A DNA stretch of 29,550 bases from a virus (taxonomy: Duplodnaviria; Caudoviricetes), in IMG/VR virus record IMGVR_UViG_3300034116_000164, positions 1 through 29,550 of that record. The stretch is one strand, 5' to 3'. Below the pieces are notes generated by a model, which was not told where the DNA came from, searched no databases, and was given only the letters and a program-made list of their open reading frames with translations. Shown here one piece after another: positions 15,626 to 26,047 of the stretch. Each line of letters starts with the position of its first letter. Positions within the stretch are counted from its first letter, which is position 1. A program made the translations under genes and the position numbers.

Positions 15626-17280
15626 AACCTTGTTGTGTTTAAATTCACTACTCCTGCTGTATTCAAAGTTACTGTAATTTTTGCTCCAGTTGCTATTGAA
15701 ACTCCAAACGTATAAGCTGAATTATTCACTAAAATAGTTGTCGTTGGTGAATTTGTTATCGCTGTAACTGAATCAATTTGAAAAGTATACATTGCGTAAA
15801 AATCAACTGTTAAAGCGTTAATACATTCAACTGTTATTTTTGGATTTGTAAAATCTGTTTTTTGTGCGTCTGTTTGGTATCTTTTGTTTGAACTATCTGC
15901 AATATCTGCCGTTGTTGCATCTGCTCCAGCTGTGACCAACCCTTTTGCATCGTAAGTAATTTTGGTCTTTGTTGCTCCCGTAATTGCTGTATTTGATGCC
16001 ACCTTGTCATTAAATGTAGTCCAATCAGCTGAGCTCAATGCACCTCTATTAGTACCTGATGCTGTAGGTAGATTAAATGTGTGAGTAGATGTAACTGAAC
16101 TGATAGCAAAGTCAGTGCCACTTGTACCTACTGCTAAGTTCTGTACCTGAGCTGTCAATCCATTCAATGCTGTTAAGCCAGTTGAGAAGGTAGTTATTAT
16201 CTGACTAAGATGATTGTCTTCTGTGTGAAGTGTGATTGTTCTACCACTATGAGTGACATAGATTCTCACAGCTAATCTATCAGTCAATGCTAGTGTAGTC
16301 TGTGGTACTGCTAATGCTGTTAGATATAAGTCTATTGCTGTGCCTCCAGTGATGCCTTCAGGATTGGTTGAGTTAGATGCTATCAATGTCAATGTAGCAC
16401 CATCCCATTTGTAGAGCTCTACATAAAATGAAGGTGTGCCACCAGAACTAGATGCACTAAAATAAGTTTCAAAGTTCCAATTTCCAGCTGGTATCTCTAA
16501 TTGATTAGGATCATTAGCATCTGTAATGAATGACTGAATATATCCATTAGCTGCTATTGTGAAATCTGTGCCAGCTCCTATGACTGGTGTCTTATTTATT
16601 TCTTTCATTGCAACACCACCAAATGTACCTTGACTTACTGAGCCATTAAGGTAGTAGCTGACAGATGCACCACCTCCAGTTGTTGTTGGAAAGTTAGCTA
16701 ACTGACCATCACCTCTGATATATTGTGTTGCAACACCAGCACCAGCAACTGCTAATGTACCAGCTGTAGTTATTGGATTGCCAGTCACTGTGAATGCTGA
16801 TGGCATAGTCAAATCAACACTTGTAACTGTACCACTTGTTAAGTCAGCTGTAGTTGCTATTGTGTAGCTACCACTTGCTTTGTCAGGGAACTCAAGGATA
16901 ACATTAGGATTCGTAACTGCTGTATTTTGCAATGAGCTTTCTTCTGCTCCAGTTTTCAGAGCTAATACTCCAGTGTCAATTAATGTTGCGTAAGTGTCTG
17001 CAAGAGTATTCTCTACCTTGATATCTATTCCACTAACTGTAGTAGCTTCATTAACTCCTGAAGTTATTGTGATTGAATTAGTAGTAATAGCTCCTATGTC
17101 AGTAACTTGCTGTAAGTCCTGACTACCACCACCGCCCCCAGCATTGATGATTTCTTGACCAGTGATTGACTTAGTGATGTAGCCAGTACCACTTAACTCA
17201 CTAATCTCTAATAAATCTGTAGCTTGTAAGTTAGCTCCCTTAGGAGTCATCTGTGATATTTTCTGTCTTCTATACGCCAT
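15622..17280 (-). CDS. Tail fibre protein
   Basis: Thr/Gly/Ala-rich. KISQM anchor, QDLQQVTD.G, GTVTSV, YIRGDG, LPTAS...RG.LSS.DW, TKITYDAKGLVT fibre motifs. Confidence 0.8.
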   Translation of the reverse strand: MAYRRQKISQMTPKGANLQATDLLEISELSGTGYITKSITGQEIINAGGGGGSQDLQQVTDIGAITTNSITITSGVNEATTVSGIDIKVENTLADTYATLIDTGVLALKTGAEESSLQNTAVTNPNVILEFPDKASGSYTIATTADLTSGTVTSVDLTMPSAFTVTGNPITTAGTLAVAGAGVATQYIRGDGQLANFPTTTGGGASVSYYLNGSVSQGTFGGVAMKEINKTPVIGAGTDFTIAANGYIQSFITDANDPNQLEIPAGNWNFETYFSASSSGGTPSFYVELYKWDGATLTLIASNSTNPEGITGGTAIDLYLTALAVPQTTLALTDRLAVRIYVTHSGRTITLHTEDNHLSQIITTFSTGLTALNGLTAQVQNLAVGTSGTDFAISSVTSTHTFNLPTASGTNRGALSSADWTTFNDKVASNTAITGATKTKITYDAKGLVTAGADATTADIADSSNKRYQTDAQKTDFTNPKITVECINALTVDFYAMYTFQIDSVTAITNSPTTTILVNNSAYTFGVSIATGAKITVTLNTAGVVNLNTTRL

Positions 17281-17282
17281 AA

Positions 17283-17292
17283 CTATATTGTA
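17283..17292 (-). promoter_or_regulatory. Late promoter motif TACAATATAG
   Basis: 2 nt upstream of ATG 17280. Confidence 0.7.
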
Positions 17293-17309
17293 TTGAGTTG
17301 AGAAATTAG

Positions 17310-18029
17310 TTATAAGATAGGATTGACTTCAAACGCTTCAAATATGCTATCTTCTGGAATTGTGTATGTACCGAAAGGGCATTCGTTTTCATTTATTAAA
17401 TAAGGGTTAGTACTAACCCCAGTATAACAAATCCACCTATCCGTATTGTAATAATAAATATTAGTAAAATTATCATTTATAAAAAAAAACCAAGATTCTT
17501 CTTCGCTATCATAAGCAACCTCCACCGTTACAGGCTCTCCACCTACTAAGGTGTAAGTAACTGATATAGTGTCACAACCTACCTCTAATGGCAACTTAAG
17601 AGGGACTTGACAGTTAGTCCAGTTGCTGATGTCAACATCTAAATTCATTACCCATCCAGCCGCATAGTCTAGCAGTTGGTTGTTCAATGGAGTGATTGAA
17701 GGTGAGCCTACTATGTCAAAAGAATAATCATTGCTAAAATTAAAATAGTTGATTAAATCTACTAGAATTTGGTGACAGTCTGAGAGAATAACTGTGATGT
17801 TAGCTCTATCCTTCTGAATGATATCTAAGCAATACACCTCTAAGCTGATAGTGTTCACATCCATTGTAGTAGATGCTACAATTGGAGTGATAAATACTAA
17901 GGGATACCTCTCATCCTTAGTAGCGAAGTTAGGAAGTTGCTCATTGAAGTCACTACCTACCTTCTTAACTTGTAGATGGTCATTATAGAATGCTTCAATT
18001 TTGTTGATTAGGGCTTGATAGCTTGTCAT
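17310..18029 (-). CDS. Putative tail terminator-like protein with added C-terminal domain
   Basis: YPLVFI, LSD..QIL.DL, AGW...L, C..P end the ~145-aa core; about 90 aa of extension follow. Confidence 0.55.
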   Translation of the reverse strand: MTSYQALINKIEAFYNDHLQVKKVGSDFNEQLPNFATKDERYPLVFITPIVASTTMDVNTISLEVYCLDIIQKDRANITVILSDCHQILVDLINYFNFSNDYSFDIVGSPSITPLNNQLLDYAAGWVMNLDVDISNWTNCQVPLKLPLEVGCDTISVTYTLVGGEPVTVEVAYDSEEESWFFFINDNFTNIYYYNTDRWICYTGVSTNPYLINENECPFGTYTIPEDSIFEAFEVNPIL

Positions 18030-20584
18030 AATTCTGCGTTTCTTTGGATTCGATTAACTCTATTCTGTGTGCTTGTCATTTCAGTCTCACTTACTACAGC
18101 TGTGACTGTAAAGTTAGGTGTTGATTGGTTGCTATTTTGATTCTCTCCACCAACATTGTTCAAGTTGTTGTTGCTACCAAACATGTTAGGTGTTGCCATT
18201 TGGGCAGTGCTAGATGGAGGAGGAGTGTTGCCTGGAGGACTTGGAGCATTACCCCCACCTTCAAATGATGTGGATGCTATAGCTGAGATAGATGCGGCAG
18301 TTGCTGCTATAGATGCGGCTATTCTTATACCAGATGCAATACCTAGTGTGAAGTCAGGTACTGATAAGATAGCTAAGATAGCTTGAGCTCCATTGATTGC
18401 AGCCATTGCTAAGTTCATTTTCTTTTGTTGCTCAAATTGTTGCTTAAGGATAGCCTCTTCTTGCTTGCTACCTTTCTCAACATTCTTGAGTTTATTCCTA
18501 GTGCTAATATCTTGCATGCTTGTGATAGCTCCTAGTGCTTCTTTTGCAGTGTCAAATCCTTCATTGATGTTACTTAAGGTCTTAGCCTGAGCCTCAGCTT
18601 CTATCTCTTCAATCTTCTTAGCTGTTTCCTCTTTTGCTGTGACTTCAGCTTGTCTATACTTTTCTCTTATAGCTTCTTTTTCGGCCTCTGACAAATCAAG
18701 TGCAGCAAGTTCAGCTATTCTCTGAGCATCCATTGCTGTAAGTTGTTGAGCTAAAAATTCATTGTTAAGTCTTATCTCCTCATCTTTATCTCCTTTAAAT
18801 CTCTCAAGCTCAAATGCTAAATTTGACAACTTAGTGTCCCTAACTAATTGAGCCGATGCAAGTATCTTGGCATTCTTGTCAATCTCAATAGCTGTTATTT
18901 GAAAAGACACAGCCTTAGTGTCCTCAACTGCTTTAGTGTTGATTTCTTTAATTTGTTGCTCAGTCAAATCTTTGCCAAGAACTGCTTGCTTTCTTTCCTC
19001 TTCTATTAAAGTTTTTTGTAGCTCTAGTTTTTTTATAGCATCTTGCTCCTCTAACATCAAGGTCTTAATTCTTGACACAGCATCTTTATCAGCTATCGCT
19101 ATCTTATCAGCTTCAAGCTGGTCAGTAGCTATCTTTATCTGAGCATTTATTGCTGAGACTGCTGTAGCTCTCTCCATCTCAGTTGCAAAGATTTTAGTTT
19201 TTTTGATGTTTAACTTTTCAATCTCCTTAGATTCCTTGACCATTTGGTCAATTTTCATTTGGTCAATATCTAGCTTTGTCTTACCATCAATGACAGCTTT
19301 GTCCAGGTCAATTTTGAACTGAGCACGCATTGTTTTCAAATGCTTATCTTGTTCAGATTCTATCTTGGAATTGGCTGCCTTAGCATCATCTACTCTCTTT
19401 TTATTTGATGCAGTAGTGATATCAGTTCTTTGCTGTTCAAAGTCTTTTTGAGTTGCTAAAATTAACTCATCAATTTTGATAACTGTTTTCCAATCTTGTG
19501 ACCTTGAGGCTTCTCTTCTTTGTGTTTTCAACTTCGATATAGCCTCAGTCTCTTGAATCTTAAGCATAGCCTTAGACCTTTCAGTCTCATTCTTGATTGA
19601 TTTAGCATTCAACATTTCAACCTGCTTGTCAATGTCAAGAGCTAACTTCTTTTTGTTAGCAGCATTTTGAATTGCTAACTGGTTAATCTTATTGATAGCA
19701 TCAGCTTCTTGATTCTTTAACTCTCTGAATCTTTTAGTTTGCTCCTCATCCATATCAGCAAGCTCACCCATTGCTTTGATATCTTTCTTCCTCCAGTATT
19801 GTTTTCTTTGCTCCTCTTCAATCTGTAGCTCCTCTAATGTAGCAAATCTATCAATCTCTACTCCTAGTTGATTCTCTACAGCTGTTATCTCTTCATTATT
19901 TAAGTCTTTGGTTACATTGTACAAACCTATTCTTGCCGCCATTTCAGCTTCAATAGATTTGATATTTGACTCAGATGCCGCCTTTATTGTCTCAGCGTTT
20001 TTTTGTGCGGCATTATCAGTTAATCCTAACCAATCAGTAAGAGCTTCAAAGCCAGCAATAAGTGCATTAATAGGAGCCATTAAGAAGTCTAGAACTTTTT
20101 GAAGTACCCCAATTTTATTCAAGAATATAGCTACTGCTGCGACAATAGCAACTATCACACCTACCAATAAGAATATAGGGTTAGCAAGTATCTGTACTCC
20201 TAACTTAACAAATGCACCACCCATAGTCTTAATGACACCAGTGAAGGCCTTGAATCCAGCCGCTACCTCTTTAGGATTGACGTTACCTAATGCACTAGCA
20301 AAAACTTGAGCTTTCTGTTGAGCTTCTTCAAAGTCTAATGATAACAATGAGTCCTTGATACCACCTAATGAGTTACTCACTTGCTCAAACTTAGAGCCAG
20401 TAGCAAAGTTATTTACAGCCTCATTTGCATCTGATAGTTTATCTTTCAGCTCACCAGCTCTTTGTGATAGCTTGGCAATTGACTCAGGATCTGTAGCGTC
20501 AGCAATAGCACCCTTTAACTCTCTTAACTCAGCTTTGATGGCTCCAATGCCAGTTATCTTTAATGGTATTTCAACTTCATTCAT
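18026..20584 (-). CDS. Tape measure protein
   Basis: 852 aa, long coiled coil, hydrophobic ANPI.L....IVA segment, Ala-rich C-terminus. Confidence 0.85.
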   Translation of the reverse strand: MNEVEIPLKITGIGAIKAELRELKGAIADATDPESIAKLSQRAGELKDKLSDANEAVNNFATGSKFEQVSNSLGGIKDSLLSLDFEEAQQKAQVFASALGNVNPKEVAAGFKAFTGVIKTMGGAFVKLGVQILANPIFLLVGVIVAIVAAVAIFLNKIGVLQKVLDFLMAPINALIAGFEALTDWLGLTDNAAQKNAETIKAASESNIKSIEAEMAARIGLYNVTKDLNNEEITAVENQLGVEIDRFATLEELQIEEEQRKQYWRKKDIKAMGELADMDEEQTKRFRELKNQEADAINKINQLAIQNAANKKKLALDIDKQVEMLNAKSIKNETERSKAMLKIQETEAISKLKTQRREASRSQDWKTVIKIDELILATQKDFEQQRTDITTASNKKRVDDAKAANSKIESEQDKHLKTMRAQFKIDLDKAVIDGKTKLDIDQMKIDQMVKESKEIEKLNIKKTKIFATEMERATAVSAINAQIKIATDQLEADKIAIADKDAVSRIKTLMLEEQDAIKKLELQKTLIEEERKQAVLGKDLTEQQIKEINTKAVEDTKAVSFQITAIEIDKNAKILASAQLVRDTKLSNLAFELERFKGDKDEEIRLNNEFLAQQLTAMDAQRIAELAALDLSEAEKEAIREKYRQAEVTAKEETAKKIEEIEAEAQAKTLSNINEGFDTAKEALGAITSMQDISTRNKLKNVEKGSKQEEAILKQQFEQQKKMNLAMAAINGAQAILAILSVPDFTLGIASGIRIAASIAATAASISAIASTSFEGGGNAPSPPGNTPPPSSTAQMATPNMFGSNNNLNNVGGENQNSNQSTPNFTVTAVVSETEMTSTQNRVNRIQRNAEL

Positions 20585-23324
20585 AAACTCTAATTTCTAT
20601 TGTATTGTAAGACATTGCTCCATCTATAGACGTGGCAGTTAAATCATAGGTGTTAATTCTTACATTGTCAATTGTACCCCATAAAAATTCAGTTATAAAA
20701 ACAGATGCCAATGTATTGTTAAGTGACAAATAAACTTTATCTTGATTAAGGAAAGCTCCTAATAAGTCACCAGAATAAAGACCTAATCCTACCCTTGTCC
20801 ACACTATGTCTCCTATCGTATTCTCAAGTACTGTGACTGTAGGATCACTTGTGCCAGTCTGACTGATTGTAGCTACATACTTCTTGTAAGGCACTACCAC
20901 ATCACCATTAATTGTGCCAGTGACTGTCAGGTTATTTATAACCATACCACTTTCACTCAAAGTCTGACCATCACCTACTATGATTCCTTTAGTACCAGCT
21001 GTGACTACATTGCCCTTGCCAAATACTTGAGCATTCGCACCTGGTAAAATGACATTGTTATTGAAGGTATTCCTACCTACCAATGCATCTACTCCTACTC
21101 CTATCAATACGTCACCAAATGGTCTACCTAAGCCAGTCTTAAATGGTGCTAGGTCTATCTCAGTGTCAATGCTGATTAGCTCTACCTTAGTCAGCTGTCT
21201 TTGGTTGCCATTGTAATCTTGAATCTTGTTAATATTCCACCATGAGTTATCTATGTAAATTTTATCATTCAGCTTAAGTGATTGGATGTCTACCTCAGTC
21301 AAGTCAAAGTAAGCTATCAGCATCTTGCCAACATTGATTTGATTGACTGTGCGTCTCCAATATAGATTGTATAGGTTGTTAGATGTTAATGATGTTGGCT
21401 CATAGAAATAGAAGTCATTAGTGCCAAAGTTGATATCAAAGCTAGGAGTCAAAGCATTGTCAAAGTGTCCCAACATTGGATAATCAGTCAAGCCAAACTC
21501 TCCAGTAGTGCCAAAGTCTAAGATGTCAAATGGTTGACATGACTGCAAGCCACCATCATACAAGATGCGAATGTTAGTATTTGGTGATGCACCAATTATA
21601 GCTGGCACATAAGCTCCAAATGATGTCAAGAATACTGGTGTCGGTGAGAATATTAACTCTTGAGTAGCAACATCTTTCACATATTCGTTGTCAAATGTAT
21701 ACTCTATCTGACCATAAGTCTCAGCAGTTGCTTGTGTGTACATTGTATTGAACTCATCCTCATCAGGTGCATAAGTGAGCTTGAGCTTCTTATTGCTTAA
21801 GTCAGGCAAAAATATAAGTTCCTGCTCCTTGTCCTTTGCTAACTTTCTGCTCCAATCTTTCTCAGTTCCTGAGTCATAGTATTCATCACGATGTCTTAAG
21901 ATTAGATTGTTAGGATTGTTAACATCTTGCTCAACATACAAATTGTACATCTGTAGGATAGACTTAACAAAGTCTGACTGCTTGATTTCTTTTGGTACGT
22001 ATTGATTGATGTTAAGTGTACTACCAGTTACTTGGATGTTATTGCTAGGTAAGATTGACATGTTTATTGATGTCAAGTCTAGAACCACGTTAACTGGTGC
22101 TAATGTGTCAGTAGATACTGTGTACCAATTGCCAGTAGTGAATGCAGCATCTGTGTGAAATATCTCAACACCAGTATTAAGAATTTGAATATCTGATACT
22201 GTTATAGTTGTACCATTGTTTGCATTAGTTGCTGCTGGTATTTGAAGTGTATTTGAGAATGTTAAAATAGTAGTGTTACCATTTGGTAGTACTGTAGTGA
22301 TTCCATTAACCACAACAGTTGAGCCATAGACTATAGGGTTATCAAATCCATCTACAGAAACCCTCATAAACACTTTATAGTACTTTGCTGGTGTATCTAC
22401 ATAACAGTCCTCTCCACTTGTATTCTCTAAAATTATTGAGCCACCAATTGTCAAGCTATAGATGTAATGCTCTCCAGCTGGTAAACTAGTATTTATTGGT
22501 GAAGTATACTCACCAGTAGTAGGGTTGAATATCGCTTGAGTATCTGTTAGCTCTGCCCATCCTGAGTCAATAGCTTCTTGAAAAGTTATATTTTGACCAA
22601 CTGCTTGTACATTGGTAGTGGTCCATGTGTTGGTAGCCTCAACTAAAAAATCATTATAATCTTGATCGTTAGTATCTCCGTTGTAAGGAATTAACAACTT
22701 ATCAAATCTAGCTGAGCCTATCTCATCCCAAGTGTAAGTAAATCCAGCTACAGCGAATATCCTATCAAAGTAAGTCTTAGCGTATATTGCTGGCTTAAAG
22801 TCATTAGCATTGAAGTCATTGCTCTGAATGTATGGCATCACATACTTGTAACCATCAGCTACTGTGTGACTGAATGATGCAACTATATCTGTTGAGCTAA
22901 ATGTATGATCTAAGTCACTAAAGTCTAAGTCAGTCAAGTTAGCGTTTGTAATAGCTGTGAAAAACTCAGCTCTACTATCCTTGATTAGTACTGTGTAGCT
23001 TACCTCATCCTCATACCTTGTGCTAGTCTGTACCTTGTTGACTGACACCAATTGTAATAGTGCATCATCTAAGATAGGCACACCATTTTGTATCACTTGA
23101 CACTTAGTCAGTGTGTTGATGTTGAATGTGCCAGCTTGTATGTTCACATCGTAATAGTGTCCTAGTAGGTCATTATTGTTTTTGGTACCAACAAGAGTGA
23201 TAGTCTTTGAGAATGTCCCCTTGCGAGAAGACAAATCTCTAATGTCACCAACACTGAAAGTGATAGGTAGTGCAAGATTCTCTGAGACATCAAGCACACC
23301 AGTTGAAAGTACTATCTTAACCAT
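20577..23324 (-). CDS. Large tail tip / hub structural protein
   Basis: 915 aa beta-rich. ITFS..DI.D...R...FSKT N-terminus, Q.DF.K.I..MYNL, DWS.K; adjacent to the TMP. Confidence 0.7.
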   Translation of the reverse strand: MVKIVLSTGVLDVSENLALPITFSVGDIRDLSSRKGTFSKTITLVGTKNNNDLLGHYYDVNIQAGTFNINTLTKCQVIQNGVPILDDALLQLVSVNKVQTSTRYEDEVSYTVLIKDSRAEFFTAITNANLTDLDFSDLDHTFSSTDIVASFSHTVADGYKYVMPYIQSNDFNANDFKPAIYAKTYFDRIFAVAGFTYTWDEIGSARFDKLLIPYNGDTNDQDYNDFLVEATNTWTTTNVQAVGQNITFQEAIDSGWAELTDTQAIFNPTTGEYTSPINTSLPAGEHYIYSLTIGGSIILENTSGEDCYVDTPAKYYKVFMRVSVDGFDNPIVYGSTVVVNGITTVLPNGNTTILTFSNTLQIPAATNANNGTTITVSDIQILNTGVEIFHTDAAFTTGNWYTVSTDTLAPVNVVLDLTSINMSILPSNNIQVTGSTLNINQYVPKEIKQSDFVKSILQMYNLYVEQDVNNPNNLILRHRDEYYDSGTEKDWSRKLAKDKEQELIFLPDLSNKKLKLTYAPDEDEFNTMYTQATAETYGQIEYTFDNEYVKDVATQELIFSPTPVFLTSFGAYVPAIIGASPNTNIRILYDGGLQSCQPFDILDFGTTGEFGLTDYPMLGHFDNALTPSFDINFGTNDFYFYEPTSLTSNNLYNLYWRRTVNQINVGKMLIAYFDLTEVDIQSLKLNDKIYIDNSWWNINKIQDYNGNQRQLTKVELISIDTEIDLAPFKTGLGRPFGDVLIGVGVDALVGRNTFNNNVILPGANAQVFGKGNVVTAGTKGIIVGDGQTLSESGMVINNLTVTGTINGDVVVPYKKYVATISQTGTSDPTVTVLENTIGDIVWTRVGLGLYSGDLLGAFLNQDKVYLSLNNTLASVFITEFLWGTIDNVRINTYDLTATSIDGAMSYNTIEIRVYE

Positions 23325-24813
23325 TGATTGTGTCGTTGTTGCCTATCCTAACTTGGATAGATTGCTTGATTAGATTGTTGTTGCGTTGCTTGAACACTTC
23401 AAAGGTGTTAGTGGTAACATTACAGCTCACATACTCAGTACTCTCAGGCACGTGAATAATACATCCAGCCTCATCGAATAGTACAGCTCCATCCTCTGTG
23501 ATGTGATAGAGTACATTCTTGATGTAAGTTTGTGGTGATGTCAGTAACTGTTGAAAATACTCTCCCTCAGCTTCGGTCATAAAATTTGTTGATAAGTCAT
23601 AGAGCTTAGTCACCTCAGTGTTAATGTTAACTGTGCCTTGTTCATAACTTTTATACTGCCATTGGCTGTCAACCACTGCACCAGGTACATCTTGATTGTA
23701 TGTCTGTCTAGTGATGTTACCTCTCTCGTATACCTTAAGTTGGAACGCAAAGCTACTCCATGAGCCTAATCTATCTAAGAACACAATGTGACTCTCAGAG
23801 ATGAGCATACGTCTGTCTATATTTATTTTATACTTTACTGACTTAACTGGATTGAATACTCCATCTGAATACCATACCTCATAGCTAGTAGTGTCATTCT
23901 TTACTAATGGAGCTGTGCCACTTACTACTGTTAATGACCCATAGTTATTAGGACCAACTGCTACACCTTTGATGTAGTCACCTCCTGAGATAGCCTTGTA
24001 GAATATATCACCGTTGTCATTCTCAAAGTACACCCTCTTGTTAATCGCGACTGTTGTCACGTCCTTAGCATTGAGCCATAAATCTTGACCAGGTGTTGAG
24101 CTGAATGATTGAGGCTGGTCTGTTAACCATTCCTTTGTAGTACCATCAAGCTCATAGTCTAGCTCATCCCAATATGGGAACTCAAGCCAAGGATACACAC
24201 CATTGAAGACAAATTTATCAAGTGTTGACTCTATGTCTAAGTCTATAGTCTTTCTCTTATCAGCATACTCAACAACTCCATTGATAGTAGCATCTGTAAC
24301 TCCTGACCATAGAGCATTGATTGTAAAGTTAGTTGTGCCAGTGATAGCAATAACTGTATGCAACCCCTCAACACCAGGATTCGCAACTCCACCATCTGCT
24401 TGAGTGATATTCACCTGGTCACCTACTACAAATGGATGCGTTGCTGTGATGCGAACATTTCCACTATTATCTGTAAGTGATGCTGTGTAGCTCATATCAA
24501 AGATGTACTCCTCACCAAATAGAACATCATAGCCAAAGTAGCTATGCTCAGCATCATAGAAGGTAGTGACTGATGGATTGAAGTCAAAGCTAACTGAGTT
24601 GCTCAATAGCTTACTCAAGTCTTGTTCACCATAGCCAGTGCCATAAGTTGGTAGTGCTTTGTAGTAGCCTATTCTTAGATTAGTCACCGAGTCATAGACC
24701 TCAAAGATGTATCTGAAACCTGACTTATTCTTGTTAGTAGAGTCAATTATGAATTTACACTCGTTGTAAGCTGGAGTGAAATCTTGAGGCTGTGCTATGA
24801 TTGTTGTTGCCAT
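23317..24813 (-). CDS. Tail structural protein (distal-tail-like) with inserted small beta domain
   Basis: FLDRLG.W..F.F C-terminal motif. Insert THPFVVGDQV.I...G.HTV..I.....FTI resembles FCCH-like barrels. Confidence 0.65.
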   Translation of the reverse strand: MATTIIAQPQDFTPAYNECKFIIDSTNKNKSGFRYIFEVYDSVTNLRIGYYKALPTYGTGYGEQDLSKLLSNSVSFDFNPSVTTFYDAEHSYFGYDVLFGEEYIFDMSYTASLTDNSGNVRITATHPFVVGDQVNITQADGGVANPGVEGLHTVIAITGTTNFTINALWSGVTDATINGVVEYADKRKTIDLDIESTLDKFVFNGVYPWLEFPYWDELDYELDGTTKEWLTDQPQSFSSTPGQDLWLNAKDVTTVAINKRVYFENDNGDIFYKAISGGDYIKGVAVGPNNYGSLTVVSGTAPLVKNDTTSYEVWYSDGVFNPVKSVKYKINIDRRMLISESHIVFLDRLGSWSSFAFQLKVYERGNITRQTYNQDVPGAVVDSQWQYKSYEQGTVNINTEVTKLYDLSTNFMTEAEGEYFQQLLTSPQTYIKNVLYHITEDGAVLFDEAGCIIHVPESTEYVSCNVTTNTFEVFKQRNNNLIKQSIQVRIGNNDTING

Positions 24814-24815
24814 AC

Positions 24816-24825
24816 CTATATTGTA
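24816..24825 (-). promoter_or_regulatory. Late promoter motif TACAATATAG
   Basis: 2 nt upstream of ATG 24813. Confidence 0.7.
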
Positions 24826-24842
24826 TTTTTATTAGATTTCAA

Positions 24843-25994
24843 TTAGAAGGAAATATAGCTGTCATCTGTAAAGTACTCCTTCTTGATGTAGGTTGCCGCA
24901 TACCTAATGGCATCCATAGCATCATCCCATAACTTGACTGGCTCATCTGTGATTTGGTCACCTATTTTCTTCCACTTGTAGTTCTCGTATTCCTTCTTGA
25001 TAGCTGGATGGTCTTCACAGAATATACCAAAGGTCTTAATATTATCTATCCCTTGCTTGACTACCTTATTGGCATTCTCAATGTAGTATCCAGCTCTGTC
25101 TATTTCTGCTATTGTTTCAGGTCGAGAGTAGTCAGCTAAGATGTTGATGCTCTTTTCAATTCCTAGTTGATCCATGCGTGCTATCAAGTCAGTAGTAGTC
25201 AAGTAGCTCTCATAGATGACAGGCTCAATGTAGATGTCTTTATCTCTCCAATAAACTCTGACCAATGCTGTGGGATGATTATACCCAAAATCCATTCCGT
25301 ATACATAAGACGTGAACTTAGCAGGTCTATGCTTAACAAATGACCAATTAGAGTAGATGTTACTTTTGCTGATAGCCTTCTCTCCTAGTGCATAGATTTG
25401 ATACTGTGCCTCATCTGTCCGTTTCAAGTCTTCAATCTGTCGCTTGATGCTCTCAGGTAGGAATGGATTGTCTTTGTAGGTTGACTTGATTAGGATTGAC
25501 TCCTCAGCTGGTAACTCATACAGCCACGAGTTAGACTCTGAAGGATTGTAGTCAAAGATTAGCTTTCCTTCTGTCCTCATGTTGAGCTGAGTGAAGTCAT
25601 CATAATAGAGCTCATTAGCTTCATTACACCAGGCAAGGTCTCGCTTCCTACCTCTTATCTTTTGCTCATCATCCACTGAGAAGAATTCAACTATTGAGCC
25701 ATTGCCAAAGGTATAGATGTGCTCTGACTTATTATGCCTTGCCACGTCATAGATTTCAAGTGTCTTCATTATCTCTAAGAAGTCACGCATAACAGTAGCT
25801 CTCAATGCTGGAAAAGTTTTGCGAATGATACTGACTACCTTGTTAGGATTCTGTAGACAGTAGACAATAATCAGCTGACATAGTGAGTAGGTCTTTGATG
25901 ACCTTGAGCCACCTTCATTGATGATAAACCTATGACTTGAGTCATTTAGTGCCTCGTGATTCTTTTGGAATATTACAGTTGAATTTAGCTCCAT
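24843..25994 (-). CDS. terL: Terminase large subunit (PBSX/SPP1-like)
   Basis: Walker A GGSRSSKT, Walker B WCNEANE, DYNP, STYKDNPFL, nuclease GMDFGY and DDAMDAIRY. ATG 25994 preferred to TTG 26000. Confidence 0.95.
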   Translation of the reverse strand: MELNSTVIFQKNHEALNDSSHRFIINEGGSRSSKTYSLCQLIIVYCLQNPNKVVSIIRKTFPALRATVMRDFLEIMKTLEIYDVARHNKSEHIYTFGNGSIVEFFSVDDEQKIRGRKRDLAWCNEANELYYDDFTQLNMRTEGKLIFDYNPSESNSWLYELPAEESILIKSTYKDNPFLPESIKRQIEDLKRTDEAQYQIYALGEKAISKSNIYSNWSFVKHRPAKFTSYVYGMDFGYNHPTALVRVYWRDKDIYIEPVIYESYLTTTDLIARMDQLGIEKSINILADYSRPETIAEIDRAGYYIENANKVVKQGIDNIKTFGIFCEDHPAIKKEYENYKWKKIGDQITDEPVKLWDDAMDAIRYAATYIKKEYFTDDSYISF

Positions 25995-26047
25995 AGACAA
26001 ATCATACCACTATTAGTAGTACTTATATTTATTATTATTTATATATA

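Noticed and set aside
20599-20609. Sixth late promoter upstream of the TMP gene
   Set aside because: Only 8/10 match (TACAATACAA), inside coding sequence, and without the 2-nt spacing to the ATG.
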